Shown here: positions 22,791 to 36,491 of the stretch, in pieces
Numbering within the stretch: the first letter of the stretch is position 1
How the letters are laid out: every line of letters begins with the position of its first letter
NCBI GenBank assembly: GCA_965235115.1
Contig: OZ249437.1
Span: forward strand, 33,480,001 to 33,544,000
Reading direction: 5' to 3'
DNA: 64,000 nucleotides
DNA from: Laetmonice hystrix
Lineage: Eukaryota
Program-made: the position numbers and the translations under genes
Notes under the pieces: model-generated
Seen by the model: the letters and a program-made list of their open reading frames with translations, nothing else
What the model was told of the DNA's origin: nothing
Database searches by the model: none

Positions 22791-25229
22791 TTTAATTTTA
22801 TCGCCACAGATGTATCCGAAACAAGTCGAACCAGCAAGGGTCACAAACACCTGAAATCGTATGAAGTACACAGGAGATCAATGTGCGTGTCCCAAGGCAG
22901 GGCGTTGGGGAGATGTTGAGCAGACCCGCCCCCTGGTGTTATTAGTAGACACTAATAGCTATTGGAAACTTAACTGTACCCGTGTTTTGAGTTTCCTGCA
23001 GTGCTGATGCAGGCCAGTCATTCCTGACAGAGAGAGGTTATAGTGAAGGAGGATATGGGTATGAGGGAGGGGTATCGTTTTATGTTCAATCTTTTGATGC
23101 CTGTGCAACATTTAAGATCATACACGTGTGGTTAGGTGTATGCCGGTGTAGACTATAGACTGTAGGGTTGTTTGGAACAGTCTGAGCGCTGAGCATGATA
23201 TATACCGGTATGTGTCGACTGGGTAATCCCATATTTAACATAAAAACTTTATTATGTAAAAAAATTAATCTCCCACTTCGTGGCCAATTCACTCAGGAAA
23301 AAACTACAGTAATGACTCAATTATATCTGGTTTAACTGTGTGCAGTGGTGCTTTTTAAAACTCTCCCATAAAGGCCAAATCATCACTAGCCAGTTATAAG
23401 ACTATGCGCTAAAAACAAGTATCAGCATTTTAGTATGATGTTGATAGCTGTATTTCTGATCACATAAATCATTCCAATACGAAAAGTCTATTTACCCACT
23501 TGAAAACGTAAGACGTTGTAAAATAATGTAAACAGTCTTTGGATATTCTATTCGAAAAAAGTTTGATCATTATTTTATTGCTAATATGATTTAGCACCGT
23601 GCTGACCCACGGGCCAAATTCCTGGCCAATATCTTTGGCAGTGAGGGCAGGAGGGGCGTAACTAGCCATGATTTAGTAGCCCCATTTTCGTAATCGTTCA
23701 TTCATACCAAAGTATAACCTCTTAAAAAAACATATCCAGAGCAGTAGGTTGCATGTACATGGCGGTCGCTGGCTCGTAACTCGGTAATGATGGGTATATT
23801 TGGTGATGTTTTTCTCATCAGTTGGGTGATGAGGTGTAGATGTACGGGGTCAGTCACATCAGGGACCGTACTGTAATGTGACGTATGGACCCGGAGTAGG
23901 TGTGGGTGGGTGGGGGTGGGTGACCCAGATAACGGGCGGTGGGGCTGACACACAGACATAATAACGTAAGCGTCCCGGCACCCCACTATGTATGCAGTCA
24001 GCCGGGTTTTTTGCCCTAGATCATGTACATCAGTCACTTTTTATGACCGTTAATGTGTTTGGACTGAAGCCGGGTCGTCGTCTCTGTGCATTGCCACAAG
24101 TCAAAGAGTGGTGTATGCTCATGTAGTACTTGTTCTTTTAGTTAAAGTCAGCGACATTGACCTGTTAGCTACCTCTGAGCTTTGATTCAGTCTGAAATTA
24201 TAAGTCACATTTGGCTTAGCCTTTGCTAGGTGGAGAGTAAAATCGGCTAAATAATCTTGGTGGTTGATCATGTAGTTCCACTCTACTTAACTCGACATGA
24301 TTTATATGTGTTTTTACCAGTTGCCTGTAAGAAGTAAAGCTCCCAAATAAATGCATTAGTAATAGTTCTAAAGATAAAGTAAATAGTGTAAGAAGTTAAA
24401 TTTTGCAGGTGGGATCTACTGCGAAAGTACATAGAAATAATATAGAGTTTCCCAAAGTAAACAATGCCTGCATAAAAGCTCCATTAGCAAGGCGTTTTGA
24501 TGCTCGGTTTGGTATGAATGTTTTGAAATGGTCCCCAACCACAGTGAGGGATCCCCCCCCCCCCCGCGCGGCAAGCTGCGGAGGTGGCCCCGGGATATAG
24601 TGGCGGAAAGCGGCGAGATTCTTTCACAGTGTTGAGTTACAGCGCCGTCGAGACAGCACGCACCACAACAACTACTTGTTGCTACAAAGTGATCCCCACC
24701 CGCCTGGACCACGTACGACTGTTACCGTAACAACTTCTACACCTGCACAATTACTGAGAGAGATAGAAAGAGAGGTGGAAACCATCCGGCGCTGAAAGGA
24801 AGGTTGTCATTGCGTACTGGAGTTTAAAACCCAGAGTTCTGAAAGCCGGTCTGTCATCGCCACCGGAGGCAGTCGTGCTGGCTGGCTGGTACCTGTTGCG
24901 TGAATCACCGGGTTTGACAAGCGTTGCTAGGCCGGGCTCACTTTGCAGCAGTCGAGTGCCTTGATTGTTGTGCCTGTCCTGTCTCCGGCATTCTGTGAAC
25001 TACATACATGCACACGGCCTAACAAAGGTCCTTTAGTTTCATGTCATCAAGCATTGTAGAGCGACAGTCGTGGACCGTCTGATGTAGCCCGTGTTTGTGA
25101 ATGACTGCGTGCAGCGAGGAACCATGTGGGTGGTCAGGACCCTTGATAATCATACACCGGTATCTTAATCACCAAACAACATCAGCAAAACAACAGCATC
25201 AGCAACAGCAGCAATAGTAGCAACGTCAT

Positions 25230-25274
25230 CAACAACAACAACAACAACAGCAGCAGCAGCAGCAGCAGCAGCAG
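25230..25274. repeat. Compound microsatellite (CAA)6(CAG)9, with degenerate CAR triplets from about 25173
   Basis: Read directly; the polyQ frame is broken by TAG TAG just upstream. Confidence 0.95.
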
Positions 25275-26174
25275 GACGTAAAGTTGTACGCGGCCAGCTC
25301 AGAGCGGTCGTGTACATGCTTGCCCTGTGAGGAGTTGCTGTAAGATCATTAGTAATCAGCTGTGTTCGTCCAACAGTTCGAATGGATGTCACACAGGGTC
25401 TCTAGACCGTCACATTGTGGACATAACGACACTCAAATACAGGTCATACACATGCAAGGCCCGCTTGTATGTGGGACTTGCCAAGAAACGTGAATTGCTT
25501 AACAACGAGTTCTAGATCTTCTACAACTGAAAGCGACCAAAAGTTCTGCCCTTGAGATCGTCGGTTGTAACACTAGACAGGGCTTTGTGGAATTTGTATA
25601 CACCGACAGGATACGGCGAAACCCGAGGTGCACACCTCCACAAATCTCTTCAAGTGGTCTCTGCATCCTCCCCCACTCCCGACCACCACCAAGACCTTGG
25701 CCAGTGTCTCCAGGAGTGTTGGTTGGCGTGACCCCTTGAGTCATATCAGACAATCGTGGTGCCCTTGCTGAGGTCACAAATCTCTTTCCTGTAAATAAAC
25801 TTCACACAGACAAAGGATTGTCTGCCTTTGCCCTCAGTAACGACTGACACCAAGTTCAACGCTACAGGATACACGACACCATCCCTAGAAATATTTGTTT
25901 AGAGGAAGAAGGGGGAAAAAACCCTCGTAAACTGGAGGAAATACAAATCATAGCGTACATACTGACCTGGAAATAAAACTGTTTGAAAGCGGTGTACTGC
26001 TTTAATCCAGTTGGAGTCAAAGAAGTTTTGAATACCGTTTTTGTGAAGTATATTGAGCGAACTATCATCCTTGGTGTTGTGAAGTATTTCAGTGTAGATT
26101 GCAGTGTCCCGCCCGCAGTCATGGAGGTCCATGTGACCAATTATAAACTGGGCAAGGTGTTTGTGTTGTTGCAG

Positions 26175-26294
26175 GAGCGACAGCTCAAATGGGAGGAATA
26201 CCGTGAGCTGGCTTCAAGTCTTCTTGTCTGGCTGCGGGAAGCCACCTCGCTCATGCAAGACAGGAATTTCCCCTCAAACCTCATAGAAATGAAG
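26175..26294 (+). CDS. shot: Spectraplakin exon 4: first spectrin repeat (ERQLKWEEYRELASSLLVWLREATSLMQDRNFPSNLIEMK)
   Basis: gtgttgttgcag acceptor, gtacgt donor, 120 nt, phase 0/0; W.EY......LL.W.R......+.R.FP motif of plakins. Confidence 0.95.
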
Positions 26295-27319
26295 GTACGT
26301 ACATCTCTTTTTGAAGGTTATTTTTTTCTTTATGAATAGTGTATTGTTAATTCATATGTACTATGTTTACCATGTATATTGACGATCTATTGATTGCTTG
26401 TATCCTGTTAAGCCCATCAGGCGGCCTCCATGCACACTGGAAAAAGTGTCTCGTTTTAAAAGTACGTTACTTTACTCCACATTGTGCCATATAGCCCTTA
26501 CCTCTGAGAGAGAGTCTGGCTTTCGTCCTCATGATGATATCATCAACACCACCAATCATGAGTGTGACTGACAAATGTAATGTCAGTAACGTGGAATTAG
26601 TAAAGACAGTAAACACCCGACCTGTTCTCTTTTTTTGCGCCTAATTTTTTGTAGCTTGGTATACTCTTAGAAATGATTATCTGGGCCATTCCGTGATACT
26701 GTAAAATATGATAGAATACAACACACCGGAATAATGTTATCACACTGCAAGACGTTATAGCATGGGCATTGCCTTTATCATTCCGAAAGGTCGCAGCGCT
26801 CAGTAAGTCCAACAACAGTGTATTCTCTCAATAAGGTGGAACTCTGCCATATGTAATAGTGCCAACATGTAAACAGGCTGTAAACCGTTCATTACGTTAC
26901 CATTGCATTGTAGTGATTAATATAATGTTCATTACATACTTCATCACCAACGGGACATTAGTATCAGCTTGAACCGTTACTGATAGCCGTTAATTTATTG
27001 TAATCATGGCTGTGATCAAAAGGCCCAGGAAGTTCGAAACCGGATAAAGGGCATAATAATTATTGAGGTTCAGACATATACCAGTTACAGTAATCAATGT
27101 TAAAATCCTGTTATTCAGACAACAAATAAGTATATCGGTCAAGCAATGTCAGACCGTACCGTTCAGATCCCTTACCGTCGAGGTACAAGTGAAACTGTCA
27201 TGAATCTTGTTACTAAGCCACAGGCACCTATGCATGTAACCAATGCAAGGTTAAAAAACTGGCATTGAGAACCCCCACAGCCAGCAGAGAAGGAATATTA
27301 AACGACGCCGCTCAGACAC

Positions 27320-27418
27320 CGGCAAGTACCGGTAAACCAGTGTGAATGAGATCGGCAAGTACCGGTAAACCAGTGTGAATGAGACTGGCAAGTACCGGTA
27401 AACCAGTGTGAATGAGAC
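27320..27418. repeat. 33-bp tandem repeat, 3 copies
   Basis: (c/t)ggcaagtaccggtaaaccagtgtgaatgaga(t/c) at 27320, 27353 and 27386. Confidence 0.95.
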
Positions 27419-29419
27419 CTCACAAAGACCGTCTGTTGGTGCTCATCAGACAGGATTCCAGCCTCGGGGACCTAGCCACACAATACGTGGTCGAAATCTG
27501 GTTTGTAAAAAAAACGCCATTCAAACTTTGTCCGAGAAAGAAAGATCAGACGAGTTGGCTCCTCGAGTGACATGTTATACAGAATACCAAGTACCGATGT
27601 ATGCTAGTATGGAGGTATTCACTGACTAGTAGGTAGTAGATAAAGGACTTTTATTAGCTTTGGGACATGAGAAGAGGCCGCCCTCACGCTTCAGTTCAAT
27701 TGTAAGAACTTTGGGAAAAAATAGAATTCAAATTGTTCGTGCCGTGAGGCGCTAAGGATATCCTAAAAAATGATGGTAAAATGATTGTTTCATAAAAAAG
27801 CCGTGAATAATATCAAGAATCTACAAAAAGTGAGCAGTAGTAGTAAAAGACGTAATCCTTGCAGACTGACACTGCCGTCGAGTGGACTGAACCTCTCCAG
27901 TTTCATTTCTTTTTATGTACATTTGTATATTAATTAGATGTTGGATGAAGGGAAAAATATTTGCTACCCCTGTGAATTATATTTGGTCACCTCACAGTAA
28001 GCTATAGGTTGGTTAACGATGTATTTAGTACCGATGAATTAAATGAGCCAGTTAACCAGCCTGTGAGGAGATGAATGTGACCACAGTAAGTGCACATTGT
28101 CCAGGACCTCCGCCAATTGGTGGTCGGACGTGTGAACCAGGTCACCAGTCTGATCCATTAACGTGTCTGTCGCCCCGGGGAGGGTTTCAGGTGAAGTACG
28201 AAATGTAGCCCCCATTCTGGGCACATCAAATGAGTTGTAACCTAAGATGATAAAATTTCAGGTGATCAGCATACTGTAAACGGCACTTCAGTCATAAAAG
28301 ATTCTTATAATCTTAGCAAGTGGCATTGTGATGCAGGGGATTTGTATCTCATTTTTAGTAGTGAGTGATTTCATTTATCAGGGCCGCTGTCAAAGACTAC
28401 AAATCGATTACAATAAGAAAGGATAGTGTCAGAGGACCGGCCCCCTCAGGGCCAGACTTTTACTACTGAATATGTTACCTACCCTTCGAACGGGGTCACC
28501 AATATATCACGGAATTTGCACTGATGACCGACTTTTACATGGCAACCCTAGCTTGGATTAATTTATAGGCTTATAGCACTCACTTACTTGTGTGATAAAA
28601 GATGTAGAGGGAATCCCAAGTGGTGATAATTTGCCGATATTATTCGGACAGCTCACTCTATTGATAGAGAAATGCCGTCTTTAGAAGCAGGGTGAATTAA
28701 GAAAATAACATTACCCGACACTGAAGTCCTTGTGAAATGGATATAATAGAATGCAGACCTCAGCTTACCGGAGACTGGTCCAAAAACCTATTTAAGAGAC
28801 TCTCCCGGTCGCAGTTGTTCCCACTCTGCGAGGGTTTTTTTTATATTTATGTCCTGGTTTTGATTCAGTACATACAATGCGTGCCCTGTTTGTGATGTTT
28901 GTTTTTTACGGCGAACTGTGTTTATTATATGTAAATGATGTGGTTTGATATACAGGTTAACAAAATACAGCCTGGGAGCGAGTTGGCTCCGGTCCGGGTG
29001 AGACTACCGTAAAGGGGATTGAGAACGGATTTAGGTAAATCGGGGAAGTTTGAAACAAAATAAATACTACTAAAACAATAAAATCAAGTCAACTTCTGAT
29101 AACAACACAATAAAGAACCCTTTATTTCATTCTTAGATAAAGGGAGACATTTTAAAACGTGCAGGAAATGAGAGTGTAGGTGTAGGTGTGTGTAGCGGTG
29201 TGGGTGTTGATCCAACAACTGGTTTCTGTGTAGTAGATGTGTGTGGGTGTCAGTGGGGGTCGTGTAGAGGTCGGGTCTGACAGCGGAGTTTATCCTCAGG
29301 GTTAAACGGCACATTCTAAGTTAGGGTTGACGGTTAGAGAACAGGTGGTAAGGCCACTGTAAACGATAGACACGTAACACAAAACAACACGACAACGTGA
29401 CCCTCAGAAAAGTTGTCAG

Positions 29420-29929
29420 GAGATAGACAACAACCACAGAACATACCGAGATAGACAACAATCACAAAACATACCCCGAGAGATACGGCAATCACAGAAC
29501 ATACCGAGATAGACAACAATCACAGAACATACCCCGAGAGATACGGCAATCACAGAACATACCGAGATAGACAACAATCACAGAACATACCGAGATAGAC
29601 AACAATCACAGAACAAACCGAGATAGACAACAATCACAGAACATACCGAGATAGACAACAATCACAGAACATACCGAGATAGACAACAATCACAGAACAT
29701 ACCGAGATAGACAACAATCACAGAACATACCGAGATAGACAACAATCACAGAACATACCGAGATAGACAACAATCACAGAACATACCGAGATAGACAACA
29801 ATCACAGAACATACCGAGATAGACAACAATCACAGAACATACCGAGATAGACAACAATCACAGAACATACCGAGAGATACGACAATCACAGAACATACCG
29901 AGAGATACGACAATAGACATACCGAGAGA
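29420..29929. repeat. 28-bp minisatellite, about 18 copies
   Basis: Unit gagatagacaacaatcacagaacatacc; homogeneous centre with variant units at both ends. Confidence 0.97.
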
Positions 29930-31507
29930 CAGTTGTGAAAACATTCAAGTATTTCTCGATAAAAAGCTTATTTTATTACCCATAGTAATCGTTTGTTTCA
30001 TGGGCCATATGCTATATATACACACATAAAGCGTGCACTAAATGTTTTTCAAGTCAATGGGAGAGGGGGGAAAGCGGTGGAGATAGGCTAAGTGAGTGTC
30101 AGGCCTTCTTTCAGTAAGGTCCACGATGTGTCGGGGCAGTGGGGCGGCAGAAGATCAAAGACAATCTGTCCTTTGATGTCGGTGGATCCCGGCTGTCCGG
30201 AACACGCTGTCCTGTCCGTGGAGGCTGGCAGGGTACCATGTAACATACCGGTACATGTGTGTCAGTATGGTTAATGTTGGTGCATTGGGACGGCTCCCCA
30301 GCCTTGCCGACCCTGGTCTCCCTGTCACACCTCAGCCGCCGCCCGCCGGGCTGCGTGCCGTGTCCCGCCGACGTGACGGCGTGCTGTTCATGTCGTCAAG
30401 TATTTCTGATGTTTGGGGGATAGATAGATGGAGGTCATAGATGACTGCACTCGCTCGGGGTCACGGCTAGGGTCAATAGAATAATACCCAGTTTGTCTAA
30501 AAGCAAGCCCCATACCTTTGCACATGATCAGAATGCGGCTACATGTGGCCCATTTTACGGACTGGGCCTGTATCCGTCAAATTGTCGTTCAGTAGGTAAG
30601 CCACTCAAATGAACAGCTGTTGTAAAAGTCTCAGATTTGGAACGGTTCAAGAAGTTTTACAGGAGCTGGTGTAAAGTTTCTCTTAGGGGAATGTTTTAAT
30701 ATTTGATGCAAACATAATTCGAAAACTGGACACCGACTTGCTGTGTTTGTAGACTCGAATCATGGTTTGAATACTGTAAATTTCTTTTATTTTGATTCTT
30801 TGTAATTTTCATGAATGTAAGGAATTCGGTGTTGTTTCAGCTGCATTATTTCGCAGTTTCCATTATTTTTAAGCAGGCGTGAGAATGATAGCTGGCAAGC
30901 TTAACATGTATTCTCAAGATCATCAGTGGAAAGTCCATGTTTTGGAAGCAAAAGACAGTGAAAGATTCTCAGTTTTGATCCCTTCAATGACATACCACAT
31001 TCAGGACAGTACCCTTTCAGGGGGCAAGTGTGTGACCAGACTGGGAAGTGCTAGCAACTCCAAACTTAAACTTGAAGATATAATGCAGTAAGAGAAAACT
31101 ATCTTCGCTGTGTTTTAAAAAAGTACGGTTGCTGAAGACATGACCTGAATAACGAGGAACGAATGGATGTTATTCGACATGTTGTAGACTGAGAAACGTA
31201 GATTTGATTCATTCTATAATCATGTATGATCTGTAAAGATATGCCTCAGATGCATGGGGCCGGTAAAAATTTAGTAGGTGATGCAGAAAGAGTTTGGCGG
31301 TTGTGGAAGAAAAAAAATCACCAGGCCTACAGGTGGCTCATCGCTTGGCGGTTGTTTGTGGAAGAGGAGTCAGTGGAGTGAAATCAATGTTGGACCCAGC
31401 AGTGATTCAAACTAACTTAACTACATGTTGTCGCGGCCATTCGTTATGGCCACGGGTGAATAAATGGCCCCAGGTTTTAACGGTGGTGTCTTTTGATGTC
31501 TTTGCAG

Positions 31508-31603
31508 ACGGCTTTATCTGAGTTCAACAGGTTTCGAGTGGAGGAGATCCCTCCAAGGCTCAGAGAGCAGCAGAGGCTCGGACAACTTTTTGATGAGCTA
31601 CAG
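31508..31603 (+). CDS. shot: Spectraplakin exon 5 (TALSEFNRFRVEEIPPRLREQQRLGQLFDELQ)
   Basis: tttgcag acceptor, gtgagt donor, 96 nt, phase 0/0; F+.EEIPP+ helix matches the plakin region following exon 4. Confidence 0.92.
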
Positions 31604-31712
31604 GTGAGTAAGCTTTCTCAGAAAAATAACATCCTTTCGACAAACCGGCAGATTTGTCGGTACAAAATGTATGTATAGTAATTGGTTTGTAGGATCTTAC
31701 AGGGTCACATGT

Positions 31713-33030
31713 GGTCGTGATTCATGAACTGGGGGCAAAAAGTGTAACAGGGTCAAAATGGTCAATTTTTCAATATTCATCCTGTGAAATAAACAAATGA
31801 AGGTCTCTTAATTGCACATAGACTGACTCTATTATTCCCATCCGTTAATTAATAAAGTACAATTGAATTACCGTAATCAATAGGATAATGCATTGGGACT
31901 CCAACCTTTTTTATTGATTTTCTCAAAACGGACATGGTTTGACAAAAATAAGCCTAACTTCCCTTTATTTCAACCGAATTTCACCAAACTGGTGGCAAAA
32001 TGCAGACAAGAAAATGTTCTTTCAAGTGAGACCTGATGTTTTGATGTCCCACACCAAAATGACTACAAAAAAGAACTTTGAAAATCAGGTGGGTGAAAAT
32101 CATGAAAAATGCAATGGAAATGATCAGCTTTTATATTTAGAGCCCTCAGGCAATCCGTGACTGTGTAAAGTTGAATAAAAGCCAACAATGAGAAAATAAA
32201 TCTCTTAAGATAATAAATAATTATTAAATAATTGTAATTAGCACCATCTTGCACCTCGGACCTCGCAACAAAGTGTACTGACTTAGTACAAATACAGTGA
32301 AATAATAACCTAATAATACTGGCAACTACCAAGGGTTGTGCTAAGGGGTGAAGCGGGCGATTCTTAAGTCGATTCTTACAATACATAGGTGTATTTTTTT
32401 GCATGGGCCCTGGTGTCCTACGGCACCACAGTCACCTAAAATGGATCCTGGGATCTATTGGCAGTCCCAGCTGTATACCCTTCATGACTATTTATGCATA
32501 AAATCCTCATATATAGGGATCACAATGCAAACTAAACACCCACGTGCCTGTTCCAATTTTCTCATTCCCATGTACACCAACAAGCGCAGCATAACAAGGG
32601 GATTAAAAATCTCACGATCACTAGTTGACAAGATTGTAGAACTGGAAGGCCAATTTGTAAGATCTGTCCACTACTAAAATAGCTTCCTTCTACTGGCCTC
32701 TCTTTGACCCTCTTGGAAGCCTAGAGACACCTATATGCTAATAACAGAACCACACATTGAAGTCTGTATTGAAAATGCACCGCCTCCTCCGACCGCCTCC
32801 TCCGATCCCCCAGGTACTCATTTCATTCACAACCCAAGAACTTGGTTGCATTGAATCAAACTGTGATAAATGTGACATCATTAGAAAGGTGACATCATAA
32901 GCTTTCAGAATATACCTAGTTTGTTGTTGTAGCCCTATTCTTCTGAATAAAAGTTCGATTTGAATGGGACAACTTTGTCAGATGTGTTACAATCCCCCAT
33001 TTTTGATACCCCAGTTCATGAATTGTGACC
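31713..33030. mobile_element. ~1.3-kb non-autonomous TIR DNA transposon with 4-bp TSD (ATGT); superfamily not assigned
   Basis: Left TIR ggtcgtgattcatgaactgggg versus reverse complement of right TIR ggtcacaattcatgaactgggg (19/22); atgt flanks both ends; no transposase ORF seen. Confidence 0.75.
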
Positions 33031-34943
33031 ATGTTCCAAATCTACTGTGGTGTTTACCGTCGGGTTTTGATGTTTTTAATTGTTCAGAATCGTACCTTTT
33101 AGACCTTGATTAAAGTCTTTTACAGTGTTGAAATCCCCCTTTAATACGTTTGTCGTGCCTGAATGCGTACACACAAGGCCTCGTTATAACGGGCTCCTTG
33201 GCCCTTATTTGTAGCCCCCCCCCCCCTCCACGTATTGCCTTTCAGCCCACTGATTCTGCGAGGGACTTGTATGGGGAGGGTGATGAAGAGGTCAAGTCAA
33301 GGATGCGTAATGTCAGTGCAACTGCCAAGGTTTTTTTCCTAACGTCAGAAGACTGATTCATACAAACCTTAGACATCTGTGCCATATTGCCCAGACTTGT
33401 CCACCCACAAAAACCACAGTCATTGACTGTGTCATTCTACAAACACTATGTCCTCGCATCAACCGATTTCATGGTCCATTTCCATGTTTTGGAATAAATT
33501 CTTGGCCTTTGGCTCCTTCGATTCATATTTAAACTTCATGATGTTTTTGTCCAAGTTTCCTTCATCAAATATTGAGCCCTGTTGAATCTGTATATGTCGC
33601 AACTCCTATAATGGTGCTGTTTTTATTTTCTTCCTTTTTAAATTCTGTTTTTGCAAATCTGGCCGAGCCATCAACCCTTAAAAAGAACTAAAACTGCAAA
33701 ACATTTTTAGTCTAAACCTGTAGTCATTTCATAGCTTATACTGTGTCAATAGGCCTCTAAATAAGCTTTGGTACTTGCTGACCTCCTATTACTATTCATA
33801 GTGCTATATCACATCCCATTCTTTGCATACAGTGAGAGGCGATGACACACTGCTTTACTTGGAAGCTTAAAAAAGGCAGTAGAGTTCAAGTGCCTGGTGT
33901 TTCTGCTTGGATTTTTTAATCATGTACCAGAGCTGCAGACATGAGGTGATTCAAGCCTTAGGTCTTCATGATATCCACATGTGTATCCTGAAAGAGACGC
34001 ACACAGTCGCCTTGAGAAGTGGTCGTCGGCAGAGGGCCTGATCGGCTTCAGACCTGTCTTTTTTAGGGGGGGGGGGACCCCCACCAAAAGATCAGTTAAT
34101 CACCCCAAAGTTTTCTGGCTATATGTTTTGGATAGGGTTGTCCCTATTTGATTGAGCTCGTGAACCAGTTATGACTGTAAAAGCTTGGTGCAGTCGATCA
34201 AGATTGTTTTGTCATCATGCTGACATAGCTGTTAACAGTTAGGACCAGATTAGCCGTGGATTTGTAACTTCCGAAAAGTAACCTCTCGTGATATCGGCAT
34301 GGAACATAAGATGATATGCAAGAGGTTCATTAGAAATGCTGATGGCAAAAAATGGGCCGATTTCAAGAAGGTCAACATCGATAAGAAATCTGATTTCAAC
34401 AAACCAATCTCTGTGGCCGTCTCTGTGGCGTCAATGAAGGAAGTACTTTAGGCCCTTTCATAACCTTTAGCCATCTTCAGGAAGAAACTGAAGTATTGTG
34501 ACACAAACAATCCGTATTGTAGGAAACCTGCAAACTGGGACACGATACCCAACCCTTTGTGTGAAATGGCAAGGGTTCCATTCCTGTGGCCTGCTGAGCT
34601 CAGCGCCTTAACGGATCTCTTCGAGGGCACTTTTTTTTATATTGAGTGGGATTAATCTCCAGATAATAACATCTGCCTCGATACCCGAACGTTTCTTACC
34701 TCACTTGGCACACGTTACCAAGTTGATGTCGGCCAATGACATGTTTGCTGTGAGGAATCGTTACGACTCAGAGCATTCTCTGGTGGACCCGATCACACCA
34801 AACCGCCTTGCCTTCTGAGCGCTGATCCAGTGAAGTGGAGAACTGTGTTATGTAACACTTGACCCGATGTCATAGCTGCTCCATGCCTGATTCGGAGACC
34901 GAGCCGTTTTATTGGGCCAGTCTGAGTACGGTATAGAACTTAA

Positions 34944-35018
34944 GCCTGGGTCACACTGCCCGATTTGTTTTCGTCGGCCGATTCCGGCGTCGGCCGACGG
35001 AAATTGTAGAATCGGCAG
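34944..35018. mobile_element. Truncated relative of the 49082 MITE (left end only) with palindromic core
   Basis: ttaa|gcctgggtcacactgcccgattt resembles ttaa|gccagcgtcacacttacccgattt; cgtcggccga...tcggccgacg hairpin. Confidence 0.55.
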
Positions 35019-36491
35019 GAAAGTTTATAAAGAAAAACGTCTAGCTGGCTCGTAATAATACGTGAAGATAGGACCTATTGTATTCTATTATTCCTAAATC
35101 ATGTAAGACTGGTACATCTCATACGATAGAAAACTGCTGAGATACCCACAATATTGACCATGTAGGTCAGCCCTCCACCTTGAAAAGTGTTAAGACAAGG
35201 GACAGGTAGAGTAAATAACCTGACTAGGCCACGTGCTTGTACTGGTTTACCGTTGATTTGTATGCAAACATTTTGGTGGATATAGTGCTGGCCCCGGCTC
35301 TGACAGAATGATAGCCAGCTCAAGTAGGCTTATACACTGAATTCAAATGGGAAACCTGAACGGTTGAGACCACCAGGGCCTTTGTTCTAACCAGGACTTG
35401 GGATTTACGTTCGTCAAGGATGTTTTCAACATGTTCAAAGAGTTGTAGGACGTTCACCCGGTTGGGGACTGGGGAGAGCGCGCGGGTCAGCGCCGTTGTA
35501 CAATTACTCGTACACTGTCCCCGTGTGATTTGACACTTTGGGTTATATGGGACTCCGCCATATAATATATTGAAACGTCCGTTTCGGAGCTCTCCGTCAC
35601 ATGGAAATAACATGTGTTTACCGCTGACATTCGGCAGGAGATATTGCAACATGAAACCTGTGGTTGACTCTCAAGTTTGGATGATTTAATCATTGAACCG
35701 CACGAGGTGCTAGCCGACAAATGTATGCCTAATTTCTATTATCTCCAGGAAAAATCGAAGCAGCCTGCTGTTTACTGTGCATTATACTGGGAATCGACCG
35801 TGAAGTAAGAAGATGGACAATATTTTGAGTAGCAAGGGATGACCACGTCTATCTCCAGTCATTAAGCCAGGCGGGTCAGTCAGTGAGCGGAGAAATGATT
35901 GCGTAATCCAGAACCACAGGGAGCTGCCTTATGTTGTATGTGTGGTGGTCAGTCAGGGTGCCGTCAGGTGATATATAGGACACATATTGAGAACGATCCA
36001 GTACCTTATAGATTTTGTGTGTGTATGTAGGCCGATATTATACTCTGATCATCCATGTAGACTTGGAGCATCAGACCAGCTGTTAGCAGATGATCTGCTG
36101 GACTCGATCTGTGGACTCGCCAGGGTTCAGCACGTGAAACGCCGACACTTCGAAGTGATACTTGACTAATTGATCAAAGTGAAGTCGGTTACAGGTTATA
36201 GATTGAAGACACCGCCCAACCAGGACAGAGAAAAGAGTTCACCTCGCAATCTATTGGTCAGCGATAAGGAGTAGAGGCTGACATGTGAAATTATTTAACA
36301 TGCAGGTGACGGCAGCACTGTGTGTCAAGTCGTCTAGTCATGCAGACGTGGCTTCATGATAACTGACCACTGACTTGTGTCGTCGTCTGGTTTTGTTGAG
36401 AGACAGTCGAGTCGTAATGTAGCGGGTAGGGACGTAATGACAATGATACAAACCTGATCACTAGGATTTACACCCCCTACTGTCACTCACC

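Noticed and set aside
25165-25392. PolyQ/polyA/polyV coding tract
   Set aside because: The polyQ frame has TAG TAG and the other frames lack credible starts or splice sites; it is a microsatellite.
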